Of a stretch of DNA of 64,000 nt, positions 1-14,200 are shown in pieces. The stretch comes from Eledone cirrhosa (taxonomy: Eukaryota), in NCBI GenBank assembly GCA_964016885.1, contig OZ024744.1, positions 62,868,001 to 62,932,000 on the forward strand, written 5' to 3'. Positions within the stretch are counted from its first letter, which is position 1; each line of letters opens with the position of its first letter. The position numbers were made by a program, and so were the translations under genes. Below the pieces are notes generated by a model. The model saw only the letters and a program-made list of their open reading frames with translations. It was not told the origin of the DNA and ran no database searches.

Positions 1-37
<37 letters not shown>

Positions 38-379
38 CAGTGAAATACGACACGTGTGTGAAAGGCAAAATTTTCTGTTTTATTTTGCTTGCTGACAAAA
101 AAAAAAATTTTTCTTTTTTTCTTTTTAATGTGTTTGTTATAAGACACTGTATGCAGAGAGAAATCCATGTCTAAAGCGGTCGGAGGGATCTCTTGGTCCG
201 AAAAAAATATATCACGTTAGGTGAAAGAAAAAGAGTCTGTCTGAACGAGAATTTCACATGTGCGTGTCTTCGTATTTTTCCTAGTTTGTTAATAAAGTTT
301 GCTGCGTGTTCGAAATGTTGGTCGACACATTCCAACGAAAATGGGGTAACCATTTTTTTAACTAGTTGAAATATATCGT

Positions 380-899
380 CCCACGTCGGGTTCACCAGTG
401 TAACAGGAGGAAATTATAACAGGAGGATGTTTTAATGTATATATAAAGTTGTATTTAGCAGTTATGTGTGTGTGTTATAGTTAGTAGCGCCACGAGTAAT
501 CTTCTTGGTAGAAAGATGTGTTAATCATATCAACAAACGAGTAACTTGATAACAACATCAACAAGAATATTCGTGAGATGAAAAGTATGTTTATTTGTTG
601 TGGCACAAAGTATTGTTTTGTTATATTTTATGATTGTAGTTCAACCTAAAAAAGATTACAAAAGGAATGTGCCATTGTGGCAGGCCTGAGGCAGGCCAAA
701 GTGCAAAATCTCACCATTACATGTTCTATGTGTTGTTCCTTCGAAGTTTAGGATGCGAGAGGCTGATTCTTCAAATCCTCGCGGGGAATTTCTCCCTCAG
801 GGCGCGTAGGATACATTCTCTTCTACTGGCGCTGATTGGCTGAACTGAGCCAAATCACGCACAGAGAATGTATGAGCCTGCGGAATGTAGGTCACTACA
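380..899 (-). mobile_element. LTR (399-899, TGT...ACA) followed by a tRNA-Trp-type primer-binding site; truncated LTR retrotransposon
   Basis: Minus strand begins TGTAGTGACC, ends GTTACA, then C-TGGTGAACCCGACGTG (close to the tRNA-Trp PBS TGGTGACCCCGACGTG); homologous to 18913 and about 50530. Confidence 0.75.
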
Positions 900-1568
900 C
901 ACATGTCAACATTTACAAGTTAAATAGTGGCCATCACCATCACACACATATATAACAAATCAGATGATAGGTAAGAATTCAGAAAACAATGCTTTAGAAT
1001 TGTTTCAATACATCACTCAAGAGAACACCATGCCAGAACATCACCATCGTATTTGTTTGCTTTCTCATGCTTGCATTGGTTGGATGGGTCCTTCACAGCA
1101 CGGCATCTCTCTACCTGTCCCGTTCCTTTGTCATCTCCTCTGTCAAGGTCTTTCTTAGTCGTCCTCTATTGTGGCTTACTTCCACTAGGATTTCCTGGCA
1201 TTTCTTTACCCAACGGTCATTGTCTATGTGCATCACATGTTCAAACCAATGCAGTTTTTTCTTCTGTATACCATCTTGGATTCACCTTAAATCCAGCAAT
1301 CTTTCAGCTCATCCAAGCTCTGTCTTTTTTTCACATTGACATCCAACAAGACAGTTGCTTCAAAATATGAACTAAAGTAAACACTGTAGAGTGGCTGACA
1401 TTTTGAAAGAGCGTCCCAGCAACAGAAGTCATGCCAAATAAGGACTATGTGTAAGATATTGTTATCTTAACTGTCTAATCTCACCGACCATGCAAGCATA
1501 GAAAACGGACATGAAATGATATGTAAATACATGTCTTTACATACATATATTAATACTTCAACACATAC

Positions 1569-1739
1569 CTTATTTTCATATTTCTGTTCGATGTCTACAA
1601 TATTTAATTCATGCTGATTCTTTAATGATTTCATCTCTGCTTTCATAGAGTCAAGCTCTTTCAGAATATTCTGTAACTCAGTTGCCATTTCTTTTGTACT
1701 ACCTTTTTCAATATTACGATCAACTCGCTTCTTGATATA
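1569..1739 (-). CDS. KIF4: KIF4-like exon (YIKKRVDRNIEK...IVDIEQKYENK); gene continues beyond the window
   Basis: cag/gtatgt, 171 nt; resembles KIF4 LVRMEQQHQEK. Confidence 0.85.
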
Positions 1740-2695
1740 CTGTATAAAATATACAATTTAATGTAAACAAGTTAAAGAAATTATATTTCAATACTCAATA
1801 TAGTGTTATCTAGTATATTTTTGTATTTTTATTTTTTTAAATGAATTGATTTTGAAAACATTTCAATACCGAGGTATAAAGGGCTCTGGGTGGAGTAGTA
1901 CCTTTGATATCTGACAGTTGCACTCCCTCAGAATGGACTGGTACACTGGTTTTCATGCCTGGCTCCTAATACCACATCTGCCAAGTGATGTTAACTCAAC
2001 ATCACTTAGCAAATGAATTTGTCTTTAGAGACAACAATCAGGGGAGATGTATTTCCTAGCAGCATCTCAACAGCCATATGTACATGACCACCTATTTGGA
2101 GGATATCAAGCTTGGAGAAGGATAGGCTCAGCTCAGCTAGGCTGTATTTACCCAAGTTCACTGCATAAACAGTGATGCCACAACCCAAGAGCCAAGTGAA
2201 AAATGAAGTGAAGAACAAAATTAAAGCATAGCAAGTCATTGACTTATCTTCAAGTAACACAGCAATCAGAAAAACCTTTTTACCCATTTGTTATTGTATT
2301 TCTAATGAAATACGTTGCCTTGTGATTTCAAAATAAAAAATGACAGCGAAATAGGACAAATTTAAGTTAAACCTTGTTTAACATAAAAGTGAACAGTTTT
2401 TTTTGTGGGCAGTTTTTTAGGTTTAGCAGGCCGCCTTTGAAGTTGCCTCTCATAGTATATTTCTTTGGTATTTTAATGATAGGAGCTCTAATTCTAATCA
2501 TGAAAAAGTTCATTTTTTTTACTGCTGAGTGGCCTGCAACAATATGAAATGAATTGACTAGTCTAAGGACATAACATGAAGCCTTGTTCAATGAGTTTAA
2601 CACTAACCACCAGGCCAAGCCCTAAACATTTTTGTGATCAAAATTAATTAAAATGATATCTTAAAATGACAAAAGTAAAAATTATACAACTTTAC

Positions 2696-2772
2696 CCTTT
2701 CAATTAAAAAATTCAAAAGAACTTTGGAGTCATTCATGCTGCGGAGTGTATCAATACATCCTTTACATTTAT
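2696..2772 (-). CDS. KIF4: KIF4-like exon (KCKGCIDTLRSMNDSKVLLNFLIER)
   Basis: cag/gtaaag, 77 nt, phase 1 to 0; positioned like the KIF4 segment IATILEAKCALKYLI. Confidence 0.8.
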
Positions 2773-4965
2773 CTGAGTTAAAATAAAGTCAAAAAGAAAA
2801 ATCAAAATATTAGAGAAAAGCATTAATTTTAATAACTAAAATATATAACTATCAAAAGCAGCGCTGCCGAAGTTGGTACTTACATACAAATTTGTTACTA
2901 TTTGCCCTTAATTTGACTTTTCTGTACGTTTGGTACCATGTCTGGATTTTTTGGTACCTTTTAGAGATTGTACTTTCTTTGCAATCACTCTTGCCTCAAG
3001 TGGGAAAACCCCCCGTCCAAACCCATGCAAGCGTGGAACACGGACGTTAAACGTTGATGATGATGATGATGATGATTGCAAATTTGGCTTAATTCTAAAA
3101 TCACCATTCAATGATTTACCATTTCTGTGGTATAACATATTTTCATCGAAAAGCTATCCATTAAATATATTTGCCCACCAGGTCTCACTTGATATCAATA
3201 ACCCTTCTTTCTGCATAGTATTTCAAATCGGCAGACAATCATCCTTTGTATATCCTGGAAGACAATAATAATGCACTATTCGCCCACAATCAATGAGTGA
3301 ACATTTTACTTGTGTCTTGTCACCAGAAACTATTCGAGGACACCTAAATATAGATGGATTAGGACGAATTCTTGAAAGAAACTGTATCAGTTCAGTTTAA
3401 GCATTTGTGTCATGGTGTGCAGTGTTTTTGGTGGAGTCATCTTTCAATATCTGGATTGTTTTGCTTTTTTTGAGAAACATTTTCAACCCATCATGAGTGG
3501 AAAAAAGTAATTATAGGATATTATTGATAGTGATGGAAATGACATTCCTCAAAAAAAAAAAAAAAAAAAAAAAAAAAATGAAATCCATTTTCTCACTTTC
3601 TATGAAAGAAAAGTTCCATGAAAATTATTAAACAACGAGAAATGTTCATCGTGGTTAGGTAAGCAAAGCATAAAGTGACAGAAAAAACACAACTAAAGGA
3701 ACTTGCAATTTTTCAAATGTGATCGTTCCTTATGATTTCAATGATTTATTGTCTAAGCTAAAATCAACAAAGTTGATGAAATAATGGATATTTCTACGAA
3801 CAAGAAACTTGTTCAAGTAGCTTTAGACGACCAATGTTATTGAAGGTAAACCAAAACCAATCATAACATTGGCAATTAAATTTTCCAATATTGTGCATGA
3901 AGACCAATGTGAAGAAATAGAGATTGGAGGAAATTGACTCTGCATGATGCATCTCTTAACGCATTTAAACCAGCCATACCCAGCCAGAATTCTTTCACTT
4001 TCTGTTCAAACTGGCCACTCATACTGATGTAAGGTATTATTCTCAAAATAAATATCAAAATCTCAGATTCAATATTATGTGAGGTAAAGTGTTTACCATG
4101 AAAATACAATAGTAAATATGGAGTAATGTAAATGTTAAAGGGTTAATGCAAAAATCGAGCCTGAGAAATACTGGTTTCTTGTTTCTCAAGAAAAATGTGG
4201 TGGTATATATATATTGTTACCCATTGCTATCTAAATTCATGATGCAACTTCTTTCATTGCTTCATTTTTCAGCAGCTGCAGAAAAAGTGTTTTCCTTTCT
4301 CAATAACATAAAAACAATAACTTGTAATGCTTTAAAAACATCAACATTTAATACCCCTCTAAGATCAAAGTTTCTGCTGCAAAATGTTGACTGCACTAAG
4401 TGGCATCCACAACAGCAACTGTCTCAAAATGCAAGAAAGAAACTGGTACAGCAAGTGTGGAAGAAAACATTTCTTTATAAATAAAATGTTTTAAAAAAAG
4501 AATGGTTTTCATTTACTTTGTATGAGGTTTCATCATCACTGTTTAACGTCCATTTTTCAATGCTAGTATGAGACAAGTCAGATCAGATGACTTGTTCATA
4601 CAGAACTGTTTCTGCCTTGGTTTCTATGACTGGATGCCCTTCCTAATGCCAACCACATTTACAGTGTGAACTGGGCGCTTTTTGTGACACCTACACAACC
4701 ACTTTACAGTGTGGACTGGAGGCTGGGACGGGGGAGGTACATGCCTGTAGGGTAGGGAACGACGAGATAAGTCTAGAGTGGGGCAAATAGCTGGTGAAGG
4801 ACGGAGAGTGAGAATGTGAATGAAGGGTGGAATGTAAGAACATGAAGGGTGGAGTGTATGGAAGGAGGTAATTGGATTTGATACGTTTTTGTATATTTTG
4901 GTATTATTGAGAAAAAAGTTTCAGCAACCTTGATCAAAGGTTTAAAAATATTGATCAATTCTTAC

Positions 4966-5015
4966 CATTTTCCGCTTCTTGGAGATCTGTTTGAAGAGTT
5001 AAAATTTGCGCATTT
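4966..5015 (-). CDS. KIF4: KIF4-like exon (NAQILTLQTDLQEAEN)
   Basis: cag/gtaag, 50 nt, phase 2 to 1; resembles KIF4 RSAQIADLQQKLLDAE. Confidence 0.85.
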
Positions 5016-5990
5016 CTGTAAAATAATTAGCAATATAAGAAAGGAAAGAATTAAAATAGCAGCCAATTTAAGAATATAAAGTGATTTAGATTAACATTAC
5101 ATATCTACAATTTTTACAAAAGATACACTGACAATAAGGGTTGAAGGTTTGACATCAAGAAGGGCATCTGGCTATCCAACCCATGCCAGCATGGTTAAGT
5201 GAATGTAAAATTTATGGCATATAATTTCTAGTTTGAATTAACACAAGTGTATGACACAGAAAACACTTTTCAGAACACCTAGCTCTTTTTTTTGTCAACA
5301 GTTATCTATCTGCATCCCCCTTTGTATATTGTGCACATATATAAATATAAATGCACCCACTAAACTCGTATAGCAGTAAAAAAAGTCACCACAATCAACA
5401 TTGTTGAGCATGCTTTCTCTGCTAGCAAGGGTTGGACTTGTCATAGACCTGACAGTAATTAAATAGAACCTGACCTCCAAGTGAGACAGAGGCCCAATAT
5501 ACAATGCTGAGTTTTACCATGTGCATTTTATCAGGGCACCAGGAAAGTTGTCATGTCCTCGACACATCTGAAGATTTCTCCTGATCCTTTGTGTGGCAGG
5601 TTTTCTACAGTTGGAAGCCCTTATCACCAACCCCTTTATGGAATGTACCAGGGGCATTTGAAAGAGTATGAATAAATAGTTTCAAGAATGTCATTGAAAG
5701 CGTAATTAAGTCATGGGGCTTAACCCTTTAGCATTTAAATCAGCCGTATCAGGCCAGCATTCTCTCACCACTGTTCAAACTGGCCACTGATGTTAAGGTA
5801 ATCTTCTCAAAATAAATAATTGTTTCAGTGCATTACTGGTGCTTTATTTAATCGACCCCGTAAGGATGAAAGGCAAAGTTAACCACGGCGGGATTTGAAG
5901 TTAGACCATAAAGGGCCATAACTATACTGCAAATCATGGCGTCCAACCCTCTACCGATAGAGTTCAATTACAAAACAAAGACACACAAAC

Positions 5991-6073
5991 CTGTCATTAA
6001 TTCCATCAGTCAATCTTTTTATTTCAACATTAACTTCCTTTGGACTTCCATCATTAGCAGTCGCTATGTGTTT
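5991..6073 (-). CDS. KIF4: KIF4-like exon (KHIATANDGSPKEVNVEIKRLTDGIND)
   Basis: ttttcag/gtttgt, 83 nt, phase 0 to 2. Confidence 0.75.
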
Positions 6074-6383
6074 CTGAAAATTAGAGGCATTAAAATTAAA
6101 ATGTTTTCATATTTAACACTAGCAACCTTGTTAACTATTAATATCCTATGATTCATAGATCATTGTGAAAATTTACACTATTATAGTAAAGTCTTAAGTT
6201 TTAATGTGATACAGTCATTTTGTACTTTTCAAAAAGTCTTGCTAATGTAGTTTCATTTGGTACAGGATACTAAGAGTTATATTCCAGTGGGGACCACATT
6301 TAAATTGTACATTCTTCTTCATAAAGGACTCAGTATCTAAAATTATTCATTATAAATTCAAGACTATGGTGAAAAACACCAAC

Positions 6384-6521
6384 CTTTATAGGGCGTTTAT
6401 GGGAATCCATCAGCTGTTTCAACTCCAAAGTAAAGATTTTTCTATCTTCAACTAAATTCACCAAATGGTACTTAGCTTCATGTAAACGAACTTTTACTTC
6501 TAATTCTTGCTCCAGAAGGGC
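6384..6521 (-). CDS. KIF4: KIF4-like exon (ALLEQELEVKVRLHEAKYHLVNLVEDRKIF...)
   Basis: tag/gttggt, 138 nt; resembles KIF4 [25 protein letters not shown]. Confidence 0.9.
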
Positions 6522-6589
6522 CTAATTAAGATCAATAAAAGAAATATAGTTAAATTCATTATTTGTCTAAAACAATTCAAAATACATCC

Positions 6590-7140
6590 ATAGTGCTGGT
6601 TCCATAATAAAATGCACTCAGTATGCGCTGTAAAGTAATTGGTGATAGAAAAGGCATGCAGCTGTAGAAACCATGCCAAACAAAGTCCAGGAACGATTCT
6701 TCAGTTATGTCAAGAGCATGACAACCTCTAGTGCTAATGGTACAATAAAATGCACCCAGTACACTATAAAGTGGTTGGTATTAAGAACATCTAGCTGTAT
6801 AAACCATGCCAAACATAGGGTTAAGAGAAGTCTTCAGCAGTACACTCTGAAGTGGTTGGCATCATCAGCATTTAATGTCTGTTTTCCCTGCCAGCAAGAG
6901 CTGGATGTAACAAAAAGTGCCTAGCTCACACTAAAGTGGTCATGTAGGTGTCACAGCAAAAAGCACCCGGTACACACTGCAAATGTGGTTGACATTAGGA
7001 AGGGCATCCAGCCATAGAGTCCAGTCAGAACCAGTTCTGTATGTGCAAACACAGTCACCTAATCTGACTTGTCTCACAACAGGAAAACTCATGTAATCCA
7101 TGCCAGCGTGGAAAAATGGATGTTAAACAGTGATGATGAT
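6590..7140 (+). repeat. Array of RTE-3'UTR/SINE-type modules (CACTGTAAAGTGGTTGG...AAGGGCATCCAGC) ending in (TGA)n
   Basis: Several tandem degenerate copies of the module; similar short copies at about 4530, 8030 and 10625. Confidence 0.7.
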
Positions 7141-7254
7141 ACTAGGACTTTAGTCTTTAACAAGTTAACTTTAAGACTTTTTGATTCCAGGTTTTGAATT
7201 TTTTTAATTCTGCCAGAGATTCAGCCATAAGTGTTGGATCACCTGCATACAAAC

Positions 7255-7925
7255 ATTCCCATGGGCAACCAGTCTTCAGCAGGACAATAACAGGAAAAGG
7301 CTAAGAACTGTGCTCTGATGGACACCTACCAGCATGCTAAATTGTTCAAGTCATTGTTAATTCTAACCTTGCTGACTGTTCTATACATGGCTTGTACTGC
7401 AACCACAAGCTACTCATCTACTCTTAATTTTCTAAGAGCCCACTAGATAATGGAACAAGGGACTGTCAAAAGCTTTCTCTAAGTCAACTAATACCAAGTA
7501 GAGGGATTTACTCTTAGCTAGGTACTTCTGCAGTTGCCTCACAAGGAAGAGAGCATCTGTGGTACTTTTACCTAGCACAACTCTAAACTGCATTTCATCT
7601 AGGTTAACTCGCTCCTTAATCAGCTGTGCTATAATTCTTTCAGTGATCTTTATGACCTGATCAATCAACTTGATGCTTCTAGTTTTCTTTGTCTAATGTA
7701 TCTCCTTTGCCCTTGTAACAGTTGATGCTGCTGCTACACCAGTCATTGGGTATGATACCATTTTGTATTACTTGGTTTACAGCTGCCTTGCCAGTCTTCA
7801 TTATCTTTGATTGCTTTACTATACTACTGCTGACTTGTATAACTGGTCTCTTTGTTGGGTTAACTTGGGGCAAACTAACTTCTTCCCATGCCTTTTTATT
7901 TAGCAGTCTTTCATAGTGGCACATC
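7255..7925 (-). mobile_element. Degraded RTE RT fragment
   Basis: ORFs 7432-7668 and 7679-7924 align with the RTE RT copies in this window. Confidence 0.8.
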
Positions 7926-8374
7926 CATATATATGTATATGTATATAATTTTACAGCAATACAACGGGAGGAAACATAACATCACTGATATTACAGGTGT
8001 GTGACGAAAGAACTGAGAAACTATATACCATCATCGTTTTACATCCATTCTTCCACGCTAGCATGTGTTAGACAAGTTGTCCTGTTGTGGGCAATGCCAG
8101 GTCAGGTGATTATGTCTTGCTCATATAGAACTGATTTGGGCTAGATTTCTACAGCTGGATTCTCTTCCTAACACCAACCTCATTTAAAGTTAGCACTGGG
8201 GGCTTTTGGGTCATGACACCTAAACGACCACATATTTTTAACTGTTGGTCAATCAATAATAAACATTGATTGTCAGCTGAATTATAGAAATATAAAATAT
8301 ACTGAAATGAAAACCAACCCAAACCAAGCTGTGTTTTACTATAAATATAATATTACCAGAAAAAAAATATATAT

Positions 8375-9648
8375 ATATTACAAGAGAGGTTCTTAGAGAG
8401 CAATAAGCCACTATACTTAGCTTTTGTTGACCTAGAGAAGGCCTTTGATAGGGTACCCCGATCTGTCATCTGGTGGTCTCTAAGGAAGCTGGGTGTTGAG
8501 GAATGGCTTGTGAGGACAGTGCAAACTTTGTACAGAGGTACTCTCAGTAAAGTCAGGGTAGGAATGGAGTTTAGTGAGGAATTCCAGATACAAGTAGGAG
8601 TACATCAGGGTTCGGTCCTCAGCCCGCTCTTGTTCATTATAGTCCTCCAAGCCATAACAGAGGAGTTTAAGACTGGCTGTCCATGGGAACTTCTCTATAC
8701 TGACGATCTGGTTCTTATAGCAGAATCAGGAGAGGAGCTAGAGAATAAATTCTGGCTATGGAAACAGCAGTTGGAAGCAAGAGGACTGAGAGTGAACCTA
8801 GCTAAGACAAAAGTGTTGATGAGTAGAAAAGAGGACAAAACTCTGATTCCGTCAGGGAAATGGCCATGTTCAATATGCAGAAAAGGAACTGGCATAAATT
8901 CTATAAAATGCACACAATGCAGATCTTGGGTACACAAGTGATGTAGTGGGATAGCAGGTAAACTAACAGGTAGGGAGAAATACGTATGCAGTAGATGTAC
9001 AGGGAAAGTTGGCAGTAGTAATCACAGTGATAGGCACATTTTTCAGATGCACGTGGATGCTATAGAAGTGGTTGATAGCTTCCGGTACCTAGATCATCAG
9101 ATTAGCATGGGAGGGAGTGTTCCGAGGCCATAGTATATAGAATAAGGACGGGTTGGAAGAAGTTTAGGGAGCTGCTTCCTCTGTTGACAAAGAAGGGTTT
9201 CTCCCTGCGTACGAAAGGCCAGTTACATGATGCCTGTGTGAGATGGGCAGCAACTGCAGAAGATATGCGAGGCTGGAGAGAAACGAAGTGAGCATGCTTC
9301 GTTGGATGTGCAATGTCAATGTGTGTGAACGACCCAGCATGAATGTGTTGAGAGAGAAACTGTGTCTGACTGAGAGGGATAAATTGTTGTGTGTGGGAGA
9401 GGAGACTGAGATGGTATGGACATGTGATGCACATGGAGGATGACCAATGGGTGAAGAAGTGCCAAGAAATGCCAGTTGAAGGAAGACGTAATAGAGGAAG
9501 ACCACGAAAAACATGGGCGGAGGTGGTGAGAGCAGACCTCAGATCGCTGAAGATGACAAAGGACTGTGACAAGTGGAGAGATGCTGTGCTGAATAGGACC
9601 CGCCCCACCCTTGCAAGCAGGGAAAAGCGAATGTAAAATGATGATGAT
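8375..9648 (+). mobile_element. 5'-truncated RTE LINE (third subfamily, short 3' UTR)
   Basis: [22 protein letters not shown]; (TGA)n tail. Confidence 0.9.
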
Positions 9649-11249
9649 ATATATATATATACACATGGCTGTCCCCAAATATAATAATTGATGTTTAATG
9701 TTAGTTGGCATGAATGATGAAGCACGGGTGAGCTTCAAGAAAAACTAGATATAAGAGATACACGTAATATGTATGGATTATAATTGTTGGGTGAAGTGCT
9801 AAGAATTCTAAGTGGAAGGAACATGTGGCAGAAGTCTATTAAAGACCTGAACAAAATTGACACAAGCTGATCTCAGGATGTACAACCTTACAAGATGACA
9901 AAGGAATGTAATAAATGGAGCGATGCTGTACTAGAGAAGACTTGTTTAACACATGGAAGCATGGAAAAACCAGTGTAGAAATGATGATAATGATATATAC
10001 AGGGTGTCTCCCAAAAATGTATACACACTTTGATTACCTCTACAGGCAATATTTATTAGAATGCACAGCTTTACCCAAAAAATAAAATGATCTACAGGCA
10101 TAATTGAATTGTATGTAAACACCCAAAAATGTTTACGATTTAAATAATGCATACAAAACAATTTATTTTAATGCATTTTTTAAAGATTTGAACTCATCAT
10201 CATCATCATTTAACGTCCATTTTCCACGCTAGGTTCATTGGAGATATGGCCACAAAATGACAGTATTTCAAATAAACAAATTTGAGAGATTTAATAAAAC
10301 TATTTCATTACTGACATAGTAACTTTAACATATGGTTCTTACATGAAAATATGTTGCAAGCTCAATTAAATGGGTGGCTTTGTTTCATAGACACCTAAAG
10401 TTGGTTTTAGGTAGGTTAAACCAAAAGGCTTAAAGCAAGTGGTAACAGCATAGCAGTTTGAAAAAAGAGGGATGATATATGCAAAATAATGTATGGGTTG
10501 GTTCCAGGCATAGAAAAAGTCTTGTCCAACCAATATTAACATGGAAATGTTGACATAAAAACGAAAATATATAACTTCTCACGAGATTTACATAAAAAGG
10601 AAAGAACAAATCTAAATGGTCATTTATCATCATCATCATCATTTTACTTCTATCTTCCACACTAACATGGGTAAGATGGGCTGTCCCTTTGTGGGTGATT
10701 CACTCACACAAAACTGATTTTGGTTTGGTTTGGTTTGATTTCTACGGTTGGATGCCCTTTCTAACGCCAACCACATTTACAGTATGCTGGGTGCTTTTTC
10801 CCCGTGTCGCCTACACAACTACTTTTCAGTGTGGACTGGGTGCTTTTTGTCATGACAAGCTTATGTGTACATTTGAGAGTTATTGTTATAGTTAAATCCA
10901 ACTACACCCACTTTACCTGTTGGAAACATTAGCAAAATCTACCCACAAATTGCAATAATATAACTGGGACTGCTTTGCATACACCTTTGTGTCTAATATC
11001 ATTGAAGTAGTAATATAACACTCCTCCTCACAGCAGAACTACTTTACATGCATATGTGAGTTGTGTCTAATACCTCTGGTGTTATAATACGACACTTCTT
11101 CATTCTCCTCTCCATTTTTAATTCCTTAGTCCATCCATTCGGCATTCTCTATCATTTTTTTCCCCGAATCCAATCTTTGCCTTTCTACTCGATACTCTCT
11201 CGTATCTTCCAAAACAAATCTTGTATTTTTGTTAATGCTAGTTAAATTA

Positions 11250-14200
11250 TGCCCAAAATACGGGGATCTTATTTAAACCTTACCTTCTCGCTAACAACCC
11301 AACATCCCTCCCACCCGCCCCCACGCACCACCATTATTACGTGGACCAATCATAAGTCAGAGGCCTATACTATCGCTTACCTGGTTGCCTTTCGATATGA
11401 TGGATGGACTACGGAATTCTGGAGGGTTGAAGAGAGAAAAATCTGGACGCTCAGCGACAATGCCAAAGATAAAGACAAATTCACCTCGTGGACGAGAATG
11501 TGAGCACTCCTCCTCTTTGTTTCGGCCGCGGATGGCTAACATAACCCCATCTCCCCCATCCCCCCACACGCAATCCAGAACTTCAGAGTTGGTACCATGA
11601 ATGTAGGCAGGAGTAGGAGTGGAGTAGGAATAATGGTAGCAGAAAAGTGGGCAGATAAGATAATAGACGTAAATAGAGTGAACGACAGAATAATTAAAAT
11701 AAGACTTGTCCTCAATAGAACTACGGTGACAGTAATATCTGCGTACGCACCCCAATCCGGACTGCCCGGCACTATCAAAGACAGATTCTATGAGACACTG
11801 ATGCTCACTACCTCCCAAATAACCGACAGTGACTATATAATTATTGCAGGCGACCTAATTGGTCACGTTGGACAACATTGTGACGGCTATGACGGAATCC
11901 ATGGAGGCTATGGGTTTGGTACTAGAAATGAGGAAGGCTCCAGAATCCTGGAATTCTGTGACGCAAATAACCTAACTATCTGTAACACTAACTTCAAAAA
12001 ACGAGACAATCACCTGATCATCTATAGATCGGGGGAACACACAAGCCAGGTAGATTATATCCTTACCAGAAGACGTGACAGAGTGTCTGTTGTAAACACT
12101 AAATCCCTCCCCCATGAAGAATGCACCTCCCAACATAGACTGATAATTAGCGACCTAATAGTCAGGACGAGACGTACTAGACAGCAGAAGAGGACTATCC
12201 TCAGGAGAAAAATATGGAAGCTAAAGGACCCCACAGCCAGAAATAAATTTAAAAGCATATTACTTGATGCTTTCGACAGTAAGGAAGAGCAATTAGTCGT
12301 ACAATATAGAGGAACAGTAGGAATTCCTGAAAGCAAATCTGCTGATGGCGGCAGACGAAGTCTGTGGCTGGAGCAGGCCTGTAGGCAGGAGGAGAGTAAC
12401 ATGGTGGTGGAACAGTAAGGTGGAGGGGTCAATTAAGGCCAAAGAGCAGGCTTGGAAAGTATGGCGGGATGGGGGAAGTAGAGAAGACTATCAAGTGGCC
12501 AGGAGGGAAGCTAGGAGACAAGTGTACTTCGCAAGAAGGGAAGCAGAGGAAAGAAAGTTCAAGCATGTTCTACAACGCGAGGACCAAAAACGTGAGGTGT
12601 TCAGGATTGCTAGGCAATGTGTCAAGGAAAACCATGATATTGTCGGGGAGAAGTGTGTACTTAATGATGATGGCGTACTTGCCATCACTGACGCTGATAA
12701 GAAGGTAGCTTGGAAGTGTCACTACGAAAGGCTACTAAATGAGAATAAATGGGAGAAAGACAGTCTCCCCCACATCGACCCAATAGAGGGACCAGCAGTG
12801 TTAGTCGAAGGTAGTATAATAAGTAAGGCAATCAAAGATATGAAGACGGGTAAGGCGGCTGGGCCTTCGGAAATAGTTGCTGAGATGCTGAAAGCCTCTG
12901 GAACGGTGGGACACACCATGGTCACCCGGATAGTAAACCAAGTCATACAGAATGGGGTTGTTCCGAAGGACTGGCGTAGCAGCATCATCATTAACTGTTA
13001 CAAGGGTAAAGGAGATGCCCTAGATAGGAGTAACTATAGGGGCATTAAATTAATCGACCAGGTCATGAAGGTCACGGAAAAAGTAATAGCGCAACTAATC
13101 AGAGAGAGAATTGATCTAGATGAAATGCAGTTCGGGTTTGTGTCAGGCAAAAGTACCACAGACGCTCTTTTCATTGTACGACAACTACAGGAGAAGTACC
13201 TAGCTAAAAGTAAACCCCTATACTTAGCTTTTGTCGACTTGGAGAAAGCCTTCGACAGAGTGCCCCGTTCCATTATCTGGTGGGCTCTTAGAAAACTAGG
13301 TGTTGACGAATGGCTTGTGAGAGCTATACAAGCCATGTATAAAGAAACAGTCAGCAAGGTTAGAATTAACAACGAATATAGTGAAGAGTTTAGCGTAAAA
13401 GTTGGCGTTCATCAGGGCTCTATTCTTAGCCCCCTACTGTTTATTATTGCCCTTCAGGCTATAACGGTGGAGTTCCAGACCGGCTGCCCATGGGAACTCC
13501 TATACGCAGATGATCTAACGTTCATAGCTGAACCAATGGCCGAGCTAGAGAAGAAATTCCAAACATGGAAGCACGGCCTAGAATCAAAAGGCCTTAAAAT
13601 TAACTTGGCTAAGACTAAAGTTCTAGTTTGTAGGAAAGAAACTAAGGCACCGGTCCCTTCCGGGAAATGGCCATGCTCATTGTGTAGGAAAGGCGTAGGT
13701 AGAAACTCCATTTTATGTCCCAAATGCAAAGTATGCGTGCATAAAAGATATAGTGGGATCACAGGTAAGCTAACTAAGAACATAGATTTTACATGTGGCC
13801 GGTGCTGTGGTGCAATAAATAGCAGCAAGTGCCCCCAAAATACTAGCTCTTTCAATTGCGCAGAGGGTTCTATAGAAATAGTGGACAGCTTCCGTTACCT
13901 GGGTGACAAAATCAGCAGTGGGGGAGGGTGCTCTGAAAGTACAGTAGCTAGAGTCAGAACTGGATGGAAAAAGTTCAGAGAGCTTATACCACTATTAGCT
14001 GCTAAAGGGTTCTCTCTAAAAATAAAAGGCAGGTTGTATGATGCCTGCATACGAACAGCAATGTTGCATGGCAGTGAGACCTGGGCATTGTGTGCAGAGG
14101 ATATACGCAGACTAGAGAGGAACGAAGCTTGCATGCTCCGCTGGATGTGTAATAGTAATATACGTGAACGGCAAAGCATAAACGAACTAAGGAAAAAATT

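Noticed and set aside
6590-7140. CRISPR-like repeat array
   Set aside because: Degenerate retroelement 3' modules in eukaryotic DNA, with no unique regular spacers or cas genes.
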